Shown here piece by piece: positions 40,509 through 50,432 of a stretch of 64,000 bases of DNA (position 1 is the stretch's first letter; each line of letters opens with the position of its first letter). Origin of the DNA: Escherichia coli (GTDB lineage Bacteria; Pseudomonadota; Gammaproteobacteria; Enterobacterales; Enterobacteriaceae); assembly GCF_048403405.1 (NCBI RefSeq), contig NZ_CP183131.1; one strand, written 5' to 3'. The notes under the pieces were generated by a model, which saw only the letters and a program-made list of their open reading frames with translations, was not told the DNA's origin and ran no database searches. The position numbers and the translations under genes were made by a program.

Positions 40509-41492
40509 ATGAGTCAATTTGTTCTGGGTTTGGATATTGGTTACTCCAACCTGAAAATGGCAATGGGGTATAAAGGTGAGGAAGCTCGCACAGTCGTCAT
40601 GCCGGTGGGGGCAGGTCCATTGGAACTGATGCCACAACAGTTAACTGGCGGTGCAGGGACCTGCATTCAGGTTGTGATTGATGGAGAGAAATGGGTTGCA
40701 GGCGTCGAGCCTGACCGATTGCAAGGATGGGAGCGTGAGCTTCACGGCGACTATCCTTCGACCAATCCATACAAGGCTCTTTTCTACGCTGCACTCCTGA
40801 TGTCCGAGCAGAAGGAGATCGATGTGCTGGTGACTGGCCTGCCTGTTAGTCAGTACATGGACGTAGAGCGCAGAGAGGCGTTGAAATCTCGGCTTGAGGG
40901 TGAACACCAGATCACGCCAAAACGATCGGTAGCGGTTAAGTCTGTCGTGGTTGTACCTCAACCTGCCGGTGCTTACATGGATGTTGTAAGTTCAACCAAA
41001 GATGAAGACCTCCTGGAGATTATCCAGGGAGGAAAAACCGTTGTAATTGACCCTGGGTTCTTTTCTGTAGACTGGGTAGCTCTTGAAGAGGGAGAGGTCC
41101 GCTATCACTCATCTGGCACCAGCCTCAAGGCGATGTCGGTGTTGCTACAGGAAACGGACCGGCTAATTCAGGAAGACCACGGCGGTGCCCCTGGCATCGA
41201 AAAGATCGAGAAAGCTATTCGTGCCGGTAAGGCCGAAATCTTCCTCTACGGTGAAAAGGTATCGATCAAAGACTACTTCAAGAAAGCCTCAACCAAAGTC
41301 GCTCAAAACGCCTTGATCCCTATGCGGAAGTCAATGCGTGAGGACGGGATGGATGCTGACGTAGTTCTGCTGGCTGGCGGCGGTGCCGAGGCTTACCAAG
41401 ATGCGGCCAAGGAGCTTTTCCCTAAGAGCAGGATCGTACTGCCCAACGAATCCGTGGCATCCAATGCCAGGGGCTTCTGGTTCTGCGGCTGA
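40509..41492 (+). CDS. parM: Actin-like plasmid segregation ATPase (ParM/StbA family)
   Basis: N-terminal phosphate-1 motif LGLDIGYSNLK; GGAGG near 41190; start at ATG 40509 with ggagg RBS. Confidence 0.75.
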   Translation: MSQFVLGLDIGYSNLKMAMGYKGEEARTVVMPVGAGPLELMPQQLTGGAGTCIQVVIDGEKWVAGVEPDRLQGWERELHGDYPSTNPYKALFYAALLMSEQKEIDVLVTGLPVSQYMDVERREALKSRLEGEHQITPKRSVAVKSVVVVPQPAGAYMDVVSSTKDEDLLEIIQGGKTVVIDPGFFSVDWVALEEGEVRYHSSGTSLKAMSVLLQETDRLIQEDHGGAPGIEKIEKAIRAGKAEIFLYGEKVSIKDYFKKASTKVAQNALIPMRKSMREDGMDADVVLLAGGGAEAYQDAAKELFPKSRIVLPNESVASNARGFWFCG

Positions 41493-41508
41493 TAGATAGG
41501 AGGTCGTT

Positions 41509-41802
41509 GTGGCTGGTAGCAAATGGGATGGAAAAATATCTAATCTGAACATATCGGAGCAAGCCTTTCCGGAGCTCTATCGTGAACTGTCCCAGATGCA
41601 GCATAAGGCGCGTAGTGATCGGCTCCGCGCCCTTGCTCTATTGGGTCTTTATTCTCTTCGATTTTCTGGCAACATTGGGTCTTTTGAGCAACAGAGTTCA
41701 GAGAGTCAACCTGCACAGCATCAAAATTCGCCAGTGCAGACTGACGCAAAACTGAACTCTCAACGTGATTCACTTAAAGGAAAACTGATGGGCTCCGTAT
41801 GA
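41509..41802 (+). CDS. Putative ParR/StbB-like partition adaptor
   Basis: 97-aa ORF immediately downstream of parM; assignment by position only. Confidence 0.35.
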   Translation: MAGSKWDGKISNLNISEQAFPELYRELSQMQHKARSDRLRALALLGLYSLRFSGNIGSFEQQSSESQPAQHQNSPVQTDAKLNSQRDSLKGKLMGSV

Positions 41803-41803
41803 C

Positions 41804-42223
41804 ATGAAAGACCACGAGGAGTTCTCTACGCTATCAGCGGCTGAACGTAGAGAGTTAATAATCGCAGAGTTAAAGCGTAAAAGCCGCATTCGCACCCTGT
41901 TGCGAGGACTCCCGTTAGATGAAGTTCGGGAGATCATTGACAGAATGAAGGGCGTTCTCAATGAACTGGAGGAAGAGTACAAAAAGCGAGAAGAAGAAGA
42001 AAAAGAAAAGCGAGCTCAGGCTGAGCGAATAATGAGCGACATGGAATCCTGCGGTGTGGACATCGGCTTGCTCAACGAAATGTTCACGAGCAGATCAGAA
42101 CCTGATAATGCTAAATATTCAAAAGACGGAGTTTCGTGGAGTGGGCAAGGACGTCGCCCGGATGCTTTCAAGGGGTTGGGAGCTGTCGAGCTGGAGCGCT
42201 ACCGTATCCCACAGAAGAAGTAA
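41804..42223 (+). CDS. H-NS-family nucleoid-associated protein (Acr2-like)
   Basis: Coiled-coil N-terminus and C-terminal motif VSWSGQGRRP. Confidence 0.75.
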   Translation: MKDHEEFSTLSAAERRELIIAELKRKSRIRTLLRGLPLDEVREIIDRMKGVLNELEEEYKKREEEEKEKRAQAERIMSDMESCGVDIGLLNEMFTSRSEPDNAKYSKDGVSWSGQGRRPDAFKGLGAVELERYRIPQKK

Positions 42224-42282
42224 AAAAATGAGCGCCGCAAAGTTTGGGCGCTCATCTTCTGGTCCGAAATGTCATAGTCTAC

Positions 42283-42840
42283 TCAAGCACACTCTTTCTC
42301 CCCACCACCATGCCTTCCTTGTTCTTTGCAGAACGGACATTCAACGCAGGTTCTTTGATTAACAGAGGTGAAGTACGTACACTTGCAGTTGTCGCACACC
42401 TCCAGCATTGCGTCCCCACTTCTCAGCTCCGAAGCAAGACACCAGGCATCAGTAATATCAAACGGAGCCCACCGAGCACCTTTCATTCCGGGCACTTCTT
42501 TGCGGATTGCGTGATACATTCTAAATGCCTTGTTCAAGGCTTTGATGTTCACAGACCGCAACACGGCTTCTCCACCAATGTTGAAGTAGAGCTGCATTAG
42601 AAGAGAGGCCTGTATCTTGGATGTGTGACTATGAATCAGTGTCGCACCACCCCGGAAAGTTCTGGATTTTCGTTCCAGAGTATATCCGTCCCTCTCCAGA
42701 TCCTGGTAAAGCCGTCTGACCTGTTTGTAGGTCAGACCAGTCTCGATCATGATGATTTTTGTGATGTACCCAGCAAGGGCCATGTGTCGAGCTGTAACCC
42801 AGCGACCCAATGTACCAGAGTTGCCAATGTTCATCTCCAC
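42283..42840 (-). CDS. FlhC-like transcriptional activator subunit (SetC/AcaC-like)
   Basis: 185 aa; C-terminal zinc cluster CDNCKC…CVECPFC. Confidence 0.75.
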   Translation of the reverse strand: MEMNIGNSGTLGRWVTARHMALAGYITKIIMIETGLTYKQVRRLYQDLERDGYTLERKSRTFRGGATLIHSHTSKIQASLLMQLYFNIGGEAVLRSVNIKALNKAFRMYHAIRKEVPGMKGARWAPFDITDAWCLASELRSGDAMLEVCDNCKCTYFTSVNQRTCVECPFCKEQGRHGGGEKECA

Positions 42841-43439
42841 CTCCCACGTCCCTGTAGAGACTGTTGCAGTTTTTTCAATACCGGGTGTGTTAACTCTTCC
42901 CGGCTGTCATCGAGAATTTCTTCAATGATGCTCGGAGCAAAACGAAGCGTAAAATGCGTAACCGTTGTTCCAGACATGTGGCGCAACTGGCTGTCTGTTG
43001 CCTTAGCCACCAGCTCCGCAAGCTCTCTCGAAACCCCGAAAACTTCCTTTGCCATCTCCGGGTCTCTCGATGCGACGCGGTTAAATAGCAACCAGTAGGC
43101 AGCATCAAATTCATCAACACTATGGTTGATAAAAACTACAGGGTCGTAGTCGCCAGAGAGTCGCGTGATGATGTTCTGCTCTGCTGTTTCGAGTTTGAAA
43201 GAGATCAACACGCCAGAGGCCAGAGCTTCCAATTGGGAAGGTGTTGCCAGTGACAGCTTTTGAACGGTGTCCATGCCCAAAGAAAATTGTGAGGCCGCAT
43301 CATCTGGACGTTCTTTTGCCAGAGTGGATAGCAGGTTCCACAATGTCAGATCGAACTCGTAGACGTTTCTATCAGCTTCTTCTTGATCGAGGTTGACGGC
43401 TCTTGCATCCCACGCACCAATAATATCCAGTTCCAACAT
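42831..43439 (-). CDS. FlhD-like activator subunit (SetD/AcaD-like)
   Basis: Start taken at Met 43439 with gaggggg RBS; FlhD-like helical region; overlaps the FlhC-like gene start. Confidence 0.55.
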   Translation of the reverse strand: MLELDIIGAWDARAVNLDQEEADRNVYEFDLTLWNLLSTLAKERPDDAASQFSLGMDTVQKLSLATPSQLEALASGVLISFKLETAEQNIITRLSGDYDPVVFINHSVDEFDAAYWLLFNRVASRDPEMAKEVFGVSRELAELVAKATDSQLRHMSGTTVTHFTLRFAPSIIEEILDDSREELTHPVLKKLQQSLQGRGRWR

Positions 43440-43449
43440 TCCGCCCCCC

Positions 43450-43983
43450 TCACAAATCACGAAGGTTGCGATAGATAGCCAAGACTCGGCTACCATAGTT
43501 TCTGGCTCGGATTTCGTCTTCCCAGGCGTGATAGCGGCCAACGCCAAGCTCCAAGTCATTTGGAGATGACTGAATGGCTTCTGATAGCACCTCTGCCCCA
43601 ACCATGACGTTGGTCTCTGGGTCGAGAAGATCTGCTGGAGAAGAAACTCTATGACCATTCCACCGGATGCTCACTTGCATAAACCCGACATCAATGGCAC
43701 GACCGTACTGCTGCTGAAACTCAGCGAGCTTAGCCTTTGCCTGATCTTCCGACTTAGCATAGAAAGGAAGCCCAGGAACGCGAAGCGTCCAAGGCCAAGG
43801 ACTTATAGAGCCATTACCTCTCCCTGATGCAGATTCGGCCAATGCGACCGAATACACTAGAAGAGGGTCGAGGTTATATGCTTTCGCTGCTTTGTCGAAG
43901 ATGGTTCCGCTCAGGTCAATAGCATTCGCTGTTGATGAAAGGAGAGCCGCAGACAGAACTAGCGCCTTGGCTTTGTTCTTCAT
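43450..43983 (-). CDS. Lytic transglycosylase (SLT domain) with signal peptide
   Basis: 177 aa; conserved ES and AYN region of family 1 lytic transglycosylases. Confidence 0.7.
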   Translation of the reverse strand: MKNKAKALVLSAALLSSTANAIDLSGTIFDKAAKAYNLDPLLVYSVALAESASGRGNGSISPWPWTLRVPGLPFYAKSEDQAKAKLAEFQQQYGRAIDVGFMQVSIRWNGHRVSSPADLLDPETNVMVGAEVLSEAIQSSPNDLELGVGRYHAWEDEIRARNYGSRVLAIYRNLRDL

Positions 43984-44255
43984 CAGCTTGCCTCCTTATG
44001 TCTGAGGGGTATTTCGTGTTCTTCGTCGTACCGCTCCGGCCAAATCTCAGACGGCTTCACACCCAAAGCTGTAGCTATCTCATGTTCCCAGCGTGGACTG
44101 GGCTTATAGAGTGCCGTAGACACCACCTGCCGAGATGTTTTGTGTTTTCTGCCCAATGCGGCCAGAGAAAGCCCCTGGATCTTGAGTTTGTACTTGATCC
44201 ACTCACGTTTCTTCTCTGGGTCGCTTGGGATGTCTATCAATTGGCATTTATCCAT
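43983..44255 (-). CDS. Ner/Nlp-like small DNA-binding protein (Acr1-like)
   Basis: 90 aa with HTH LSLAALGRKHKTSRQVVSTAL. Confidence 0.7.
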   Translation of the reverse strand: MDKCQLIDIPSDPEKKREWIKYKLKIQGLSLAALGRKHKTSRQVVSTALYKPSPRWEHEIATALGVKPSEIWPERYDEEHEIPLRHKEAS

Positions 44256-44826
44256 TGTTTGCCACCCTTTAAACTGCGTTGTTAGCCATACAAAAAGTGC
44301 GTTATTCGATGAACGCTTTTAGAGTTCTTCTATTGTCACAAACTGACACATTTTGCGCCTTTACAAGCCCAAATAATGATGCTGTCAACAATAAAAAACC
44401 TTTAAAAACATACACTTAACTTTGTACCGACGGAACAAAGTTACAATACTTTTAGTAATCAATGGGATACGGATATTTTTGCGATAGTAATGGAAAGTGC
44501 GCCAAAAGAATGGCGGAAATAGCGCACGGGGAGTGCGGTATTTTGTGATATTAAATAGCGTTTAGGTATAAGTGATTTTAGGGATACAGCGAGGGCTGAA
44601 ATTGCGAATACAGCAGGAGCTGAGGAGGGCAGGGAAGGCAAAGGCGCATCCCGACCACACAAGGATGATGGTGTTTACAGAAAGAGATATTTGAGAAAGA
44701 GAACTCTGCGGTGTTGCAGATGGGGACCAAAGCGTTAGCAATGGCCTATTCCATAGTGTATGCGATTTGTTTGACATGTTCAACTATGTAATGCTTTGTC
44801 AATAAACGCCTTGTTCCGTAAGGGCA

Positions 44827-44846
44827 AACTTTCACATGTGAAAGTT
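44827..44846. promoter_or_regulatory. Palindromic operator-like site (copy 7 of 8)
   Basis: aactttcacatgtgaaagtt in the 715-bp gap between the Ner-like gene and 44971. Confidence 0.5.
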
Positions 44847-44970
44847 TGAGGGCAAATTCTAATCGAAGAAGTTGCCAATGGAATGGTTGTTTAGCAAAAA
44901 ATAGTCAAACTTTCACAGTTGCATTTTTTGATGCCGTGGTAAACTGGAGGTAAAGAGTAAGGGGGTTGAT

Positions 44971-45333
44971 ATGAAACATGTGGTCAATATTCTTCTGCTG
45001 GGAATGGTGCTTCTGGGAATAGCCATGATGGCTGACACACCTTGGGGACTTGGTGTGGCGCTGGCTCCCTTCGGCGTTTGGGGTGCTCGTTTCCTATTTC
45101 TGGTTCACAAAAGCCTTTGGGCTGCTGTTATCTTTTGGGGAGGGATCGCTTACTTCCAGTGGCAAGTTGCTTTGGTTGTCGGGGCTCTGTTTGGACTAAC
45201 GTGCTTTATCCGCGTTGCGCGGTCAGCATATAAAGAGGCACCACCTACCCGGCGCAGAAAAAAACAAACTGGTGGGTTTCAAGATTCCTATGATTTTGAC
45301 CAGCGCTTCCATATTGGAGCTGGAGACGAATAA
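44971..45333 (+). CDS. Small membrane protein (paralog of 22482-22823)
   Basis: 120 aa; same upstream motif tttcacagttgcatttttt as the paralog. Confidence 0.5.
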   Translation: MKHVVNILLLGMVLLGIAMMADTPWGLGVALAPFGVWGARFLFLVHKSLWAAVIFWGGIAYFQWQVALVVGALFGLTCFIRVARSAYKEAPPTRRRKKQTGGFQDSYDFDQRFHIGAGDE

Positions 45334-45370
45334 GGGGGCCTGCTGGCCCCCTTATTATTTGGTTGGTCTT

Positions 45371-48300
45371 TTAGAACCTTTGATTTGCTATGTTGTACCC
45401 CCTGACGGCAGTCAAATAGCTACCTGAACGGTCTCCAGCTTCCGTCGAGTTCTGCAATACGTTTACCAGCTTGTCCGTAAACTCTTCGTTTTGCTGAGAA
45501 AGAACAGGCTGACCTCCTTGCATCATCGGTGAGCCATCCGGGTTACGTTCTGCATACTCCATTTTCAGATTCTGAACAGCCTGGTTCATGCGACCTTCGT
45601 TTGTGTCAAACGATTCGGCATAAACAGCGGCTTGGGATTCAGTCAGCCCATAACGGCTTTGAGCGATAGACTGCATCGTTTCTTTGAACTCATCACCGTA
45701 CTGGTTCATAAACTGCTGCGCGGCTCCACCACCAGCTTCTGCGGCAGAGGATAGCGCTGCTGCATAGAACGCGCCGCGTTCCTCAATGCTCATCCCTTTA
45801 GCGGCTTCCGATAGATCAGATTTACCAGTTAACCACTCCTTCGCTGCATCATAGCCGCTTGCAGCAGCTCCCATGACGTTGCGGCCAAGTTTAGCCATAC
45901 CGACCATCGCATCACCGGCCCAGCCAAACTCCTCTTGCACGGCCTGGTCGCCGCGTTGAGTGGCCGCGATGAATTGGTCGCGTTGTTCAGGTGTCATCGT
46001 TCTCATTTGATCCATCGCTCTTGAGAACGCATCAGCGCCAGCTTGACCACCAGCAATGAGAGCTCCACCTGCTTGTTCAGCTCTGCGGCCCATCCAATCA
46101 CTGGAGTTGTCCCACGCTCCCCACGCCGAAGCGCTCCAAGACATTTCCGGAAGCGAGTTCATAAGGTTATCTTGGGCTTTTTTCAGTTCAGGAGCAGATA
46201 CATTTCGCTCTGTTTGCTGTGCTTGGTTATGAAGAGCTGACGTACCGGCTGCATGTTCATTTTGAACAAGGGGGCTATTCGTTGGTAACTGCCCAGCTTC
46301 TGATGCCGGATTAGTTCCAGCCATCCCAGCCACATTCTCCCGGAATCCGGTTGGGATGTTAGGTCCACTGCCTACAGCCCCTTGAACCTGACCTGGTAGG
46401 CCTTGAACATTCGGGCCTTCAATGCCGTTATTTCCGTAAGCATCACCACTAAATGCTCCGTTGCGACCGGACGCGGTATTGATCGCCTGTAGTGCGGCTT
46501 GATACCCGCCAAGCTCCTTACCCTGTTCGTAATTTTTGGAGTTGGTCATTGCTGTCATTCGCGCTGCTGCCTGGGCCACTTGAGGAGACATTCCGTAGGC
46601 TTGGTATCTTTGCTGTAGTGAAGCCGCCTCGTCTTTAACCGATTGCGGCGCGGCATTTCGGAAATAGTCATTCAGTTGGTTCATGGCCGCAGGGGTTTGT
46701 GCTACTGCACCACCGAGAGTTTTAAAGTCGGTATTAGTCATGGAGCCCATTTGGTTTTGGAGCTGACTCATTGTTGTGAAGGTGTCCGATGCAGACACCA
46801 GTTCAGAAGCGGACTTGGATAGGTTCTGGGATAAGCTATCGCCCCAGGTTTGCTTGAATGACTCGCTTCCAGAACGGCTGAAACCCTGCGCTAATTGATT
46901 TGTCAACGCCTGGCTATCGGTTTGCGAATAGCTCACACCCTTCATGAACTGGGACACATCACTCGCTGACCAGCTTGAAGAGTCTTGAGTTGATGACTCT
47001 GTTGCTCCCTTCGCTTGCGCTTTGATGTCCAGGACATCACTGCCGCCGCCTGATTCGCCATTACCACCAGCAGGAACTAGGGCTGTACTGTTTGATTTCA
47101 CACCAGCAGCGGCCTTCATTGCTGCCCTGGCCTTGCCAACCATAGGCATAAGCATGGACGCAGCTTCGTCAACATCGAGTGTGCCCATAGCCTGCATGGC
47201 AAAAGCACCTTTGACAGCATCAGAGTGGCTATCATCCACCTGGAACTTATCCATGAAGTTCTTGGCTTGCTGGTTGATCAATTGGCTTTGAGCTGTGTTT
47301 TGCGACGAAACGTTGCGCCCGACATTGGAGAGTCTTGAATAGGCTTGATCCTGACTTACTCCATCAGAAAAACCTCGACCAAGAGTGCTTTGGAAAGCCT
47401 CCGATTTCTGACTTTGTAATGCCTGTGCGGAGCTCACGCCTGATGCCAAGGTGGAGCCAAGCGAGAAGGTACTGATCATGCTTTCTGCGCCGTTTGCAAT
47501 CGCACCACTGAACTGGTTGTGATTGTACGCTGGCTGACTTTGCATAACCGGACCTTGCTTGAGTAGATCTGGCGTTTGCATCTTTTCGTCAACGTGGTCA
47601 GAACCACTTATTCTCGATGCCAAGCTGGTGAAGGCGTAGGTGCTACCTGTGACGATAAACAGGGAAATCACCGGAGTGGCCGCAGCCAACATGCCGCCGG
47701 TTGCAATCCAGTGTTGCAGAACATCTCCAGTTGAGGAAAGAGCGTACATGGAGTTGAGACCACCAGCACTGAGGCTAGACATCTCATTTGACGCGGCGGT
47801 ATGAACAAACAGGTTTATAATTGAGAGGACTGGCATCCATAGCTGAATCCAGAGGATGGTTTGTACATATTTCCCGGCTAACTGGAGGCCGAAGCTGCCC
47901 ATCACGATAATAAAAGCAATGATCGGGGTTATAGCATAAATAAAGCCTTCAAAGAACGTCAGCATTGGTCGGACGACGGTCATGAACATCGACTGCTCTG
48001 CGGCCCACTGTGTGTTCCGTTGCTGAATAGCCTGGTTGACCATCAATGCAGAGCCATAATCCTGGAGGTCCTGATAACGTCCTGCTGCGGCTTCATAATA
48101 GAGGGGCTCCAGAACGGCGGCTTTCAGATAGTCGATTGATGACGTAGTTGTGGCACCCATCGCTTGAAGCGAATCGGTCAGCTTCGTTAGAGCGTTGTCT
48201 CCAGTTGACGTGTCAATACCCAGTAGGCTGTTAAGAGCATCAACAACAACCGGGCTGCTTAGGTTGGCGGTTGCAGTGCTAATAGCCACCCATCCGTCAG

Positions 48301-48985
48301 TACATGTGTAGTCAGCGCCGTCAGGGTTTGCTGTAGACAAATACAACCTAGTTCCGTAGAGCTGTGAGTTGAATCGCAAAGCTGAGTCAGTTGAACGGTT
48401 CATCAACTCATCAAGGGACATTAGGTTGAGATCGACTTTGGTTAACGTGCATTCCCGAATGTAATTGTTCCAGGAACGCCTCACGTCAACATAGCCGCCT
48501 CCATTTGCTGAGTTAAGCGCAGTAAAAACTCCTGTGTCATAGGCTCGCCGTCTGACGTCATTCAACAGTTTCAGTGTTTCGGAAAAGTGGCTTTCCGTGA
48601 CATTGGGTACGATTACCCCATATCCAGTTTCAAACAAATTGGTGATGGTGTATCCCACGTTGGATATGACACCTCCAGCAAAGCCTACCCCAATAGGGAC
48701 ATTGGCGACGACTCGAACCTGCCCTGTATAAGCGTCCTCGATAGTCACAGTTGTGGTTGGGCCGAAGAAACAGGCATATAGAATCCAACCTACCAGCACT
48801 TGCTGGAGGTTGATTTGCTTTGCGCCCTGAAAGACGGACTGAATACAGATCATCAAGACCCCAAGAAGCAGGCCAATACTGACCATCTTCTCGAAATCCC
48901 CGGTGCCGGTGATCATTGATACTGCAATCAGGATTTGCTCCAGAAAAGCAGAGTCACCGATAGAGTGGATTGAAAAAGATCCCAT
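45371..48985 (-). CDS. traG: F-type T4SS mating-pair stabilisation protein TraG
   Basis: 1204 aa; N-terminal polytopic membrane domain and long Gln/Ala/Ser-rich periplasmic region. Confidence 0.85.
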   Translation of the reverse strand: MGSFSIHSIGDSAFLEQILIAVSMITGTGDFEKMVSIGLLLGVLMICIQSVFQGAKQINLQQVLVGWILYACFFGPTTTVTIEDAYTGQVRVVANVPIGVGFAGGVISNVGYTITNLFETGYGVIVPNVTESHFSETLKLLNDVRRRAYDTGVFTALNSANGGGYVDVRRSWNNYIRECTLTKVDLNLMSLDELMNRSTDSALRFNSQLYGTRLYLSTANPDGADYTCTDGWVAISTATANLSSPVVVDALNSLLGIDTSTGDNALTKLTDSLQAMGATTTSSIDYLKAAVLEPLYYEAAAGRYQDLQDYGSALMVNQAIQQRNTQWAAEQSMFMTVVRPMLTFFEGFIYAITPIIAFIIVMGSFGLQLAGKYVQTILWIQLWMPVLSIINLFVHTAASNEMSSLSAGGLNSMYALSSTGDVLQHWIATGGMLAAATPVISLFIVTGSTYAFTSLASRISGSDHVDEKMQTPDLLKQGPVMQSQPAYNHNQFSGAIANGAESMISTFSLGSTLASGVSSAQALQSQKSEAFQSTLGRGFSDGVSQDQAYSRLSNVGRNVSSQNTAQSQLINQQAKNFMDKFQVDDSHSDAVKGAFAMQAMGTLDVDEAASMLMPMVGKARAAMKAAAGVKSNSTALVPAGGNGESGGGSDVLDIKAQAKGATESSTQDSSSWSASDVSQFMKGVSYSQTDSQALTNQLAQGFSRSGSESFKQTWGDSLSQNLSKSASELVSASDTFTTMSQLQNQMGSMTNTDFKTLGGAVAQTPAAMNQLNDYFRNAAPQSVKDEAASLQQRYQAYGMSPQVAQAAARMTAMTNSKNYEQGKELGGYQAALQAINTASGRNGAFSGDAYGNNGIEGPNVQGLPGQVQGAVGSGPNIPTGFRENVAGMAGTNPASEAGQLPTNSPLVQNEHAAGTSALHNQAQQTERNVSAPELKKAQDNLMNSLPEMSWSASAWGAWDNSSDWMGRRAEQAGGALIAGGQAGADAFSRAMDQMRTMTPEQRDQFIAATQRGDQAVQEEFGWAGDAMVGMAKLGRNVMGAAASGYDAAKEWLTGKSDLSEAAKGMSIEERGAFYAAALSSAAEAGGGAAQQFMNQYGDEFKETMQSIAQSRYGLTESQAAVYAESFDTNEGRMNQAVQNLKMEYAERNPDGSPMMQGGQPVLSQQNEEFTDKLVNVLQNSTEAGDRSGSYLTAVRGYNIANQRF

Positions 48986-48997
48986 TCCAATAGCTCC

Positions 48998-50431
48998 TTA
49001 GTTCGTGCTAGGAGGATTGGACAAAGTTGCCAGCATGTATTTTTGCTTGCGGATGTTGTCCAGTAGGTTGTTGTATTTCTCAATTTGGCTTGCCAGATCG
49101 CCGTATTGAGAGGACAGGATTGTGTATTCAGCACGGATTTGCTGTTGCGATTGCGCGAGAAGCTCTAGTGCCTCTTTCTTGTAGGGTGATTTGCTGTTAG
49201 CCATCGCAATGCGAGCTGCGCGGAAGAACTCTTCCGAGAAGCTATACATCATGGTCAGGGCTATCGCTCCTGATGACTCTGTTGCGAACAGGTTAGCGCC
49301 GTCCTGTGAAAGGACAGACAAGTTACGAACAATGGTGCCAATCCCTCCGGGGAGGTTAGAAACAAAGGCCTTTTCTGGGTCGGTTAAGGTTCCAGAGTTC
49401 GTTGCGTATTTGTAGATCACACCAGGTGTAGAGCTTGTTCCTAACAGCATATCGGTGATCTGGTTCTTGATACCTTTGAGCACGACAGTTTTATTGCTGG
49501 AGCCAGCACTCAGGCAGTTGGTCGTATCAGAATCACAGGAATAGATCTCAACAGAACCGCCTGAAATCAGGTCTGACAAGGTGATCTTGTTACCTGGTAG
49601 GGTCGTCAGAGGGGTTGTTTTCGCACCAGTGCCGGTTGAGTTCGGGTCGTTTACCAGATCACCAATGATGACTGTGCCGGTTAAAGACATGATCGCTTCA
49701 AGAAGGGTGTTATCCCCGTACTGGAACCAGGTGTTGGCGTTGTTGCTCTTGAGTTGCTTCCAGACGATGTTGCCAATCATCTTGTTGTATTCGTCAGGTT
49801 TGTTGGCTTTCAGTTCTTCCAGAGGACTCTTGCCGCTGGTTTCCTGCTTGGACCCGAAGAAGTCTTCATACAGGCCGGAAGTTGTCGCGGTTATAGAAGC
49901 ATCAGTTTTGTGTTTAAGGTCCATGCCGCTGGTTAGGTCGTTCACGAAACCTTGAGCGAGCTGGCAGGAGTTGCCCAGATGTTGGTTGAGCGCTTGCACT
50001 TTCTTCTGGAAGTTCTCTATCCACTTCGCTCCGTCCGGGAAAACGTTATCGAGCGCAAGCTGGAAGGCATAGCCCTTGGCGTTGGCTGCTACAGCCCGAA
50101 GGAGTTGGACAATTTGATCCGCGTTAATGAAGGAAAGCGAACCGCCGAACAGATCTACACCACCGCAACCAGCTTTCCATGATGGAGGGGCAAAGCTCAC
50201 CAGGTTCTCGTCGAAGATTCGTGTCTTTGCAGTGAACCGGCCACCAGCTAAAACGCCACGTCGTTGGCTTTCATAAACCCCAGGTGGTGTTGTGTTGCTC
50301 ATTTCATTGAAGAGTTTGTCCATCTGTGATTGGAGGCCGTTAGCGGCTATCGCCCCTGTCGGTGCCATGACGAGACTGGCCGCCACACTCAGGGCAAGCA
50401 GGCTCCTTTTTAATGTCTTGTGCGTGACCAT
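48998..50431 (-). CDS. traH: F-type T4SS pilus assembly protein TraH
   Basis: 477 aa with signal peptide; gene order traF-traH-traG. Confidence 0.85.
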   Translation of the reverse strand: MVTHKTLKRSLLALSVAASLVMAPTGAIAANGLQSQMDKLFNEMSNTTPPGVYESQRRGVLAGGRFTAKTRIFDENLVSFAPPSWKAGCGGVDLFGGSLSFINADQIVQLLRAVAANAKGYAFQLALDNVFPDGAKWIENFQKKVQALNQHLGNSCQLAQGFVNDLTSGMDLKHKTDASITATTSGLYEDFFGSKQETSGKSPLEELKANKPDEYNKMIGNIVWKQLKSNNANTWFQYGDNTLLEAIMSLTGTVIIGDLVNDPNSTGTGAKTTPLTTLPGNKITLSDLISGGSVEIYSCDSDTTNCLSAGSSNKTVVLKGIKNQITDMLLGTSSTPGVIYKYATNSGTLTDPEKAFVSNLPGGIGTIVRNLSVLSQDGANLFATESSGAIALTMMYSFSEEFFRAARIAMANSKSPYKKEALELLAQSQQQIRAEYTILSSQYGDLASQIEKYNNLLDNIRKQKYMLATLSNPPSTN

Positions 50432-50432
50432 C

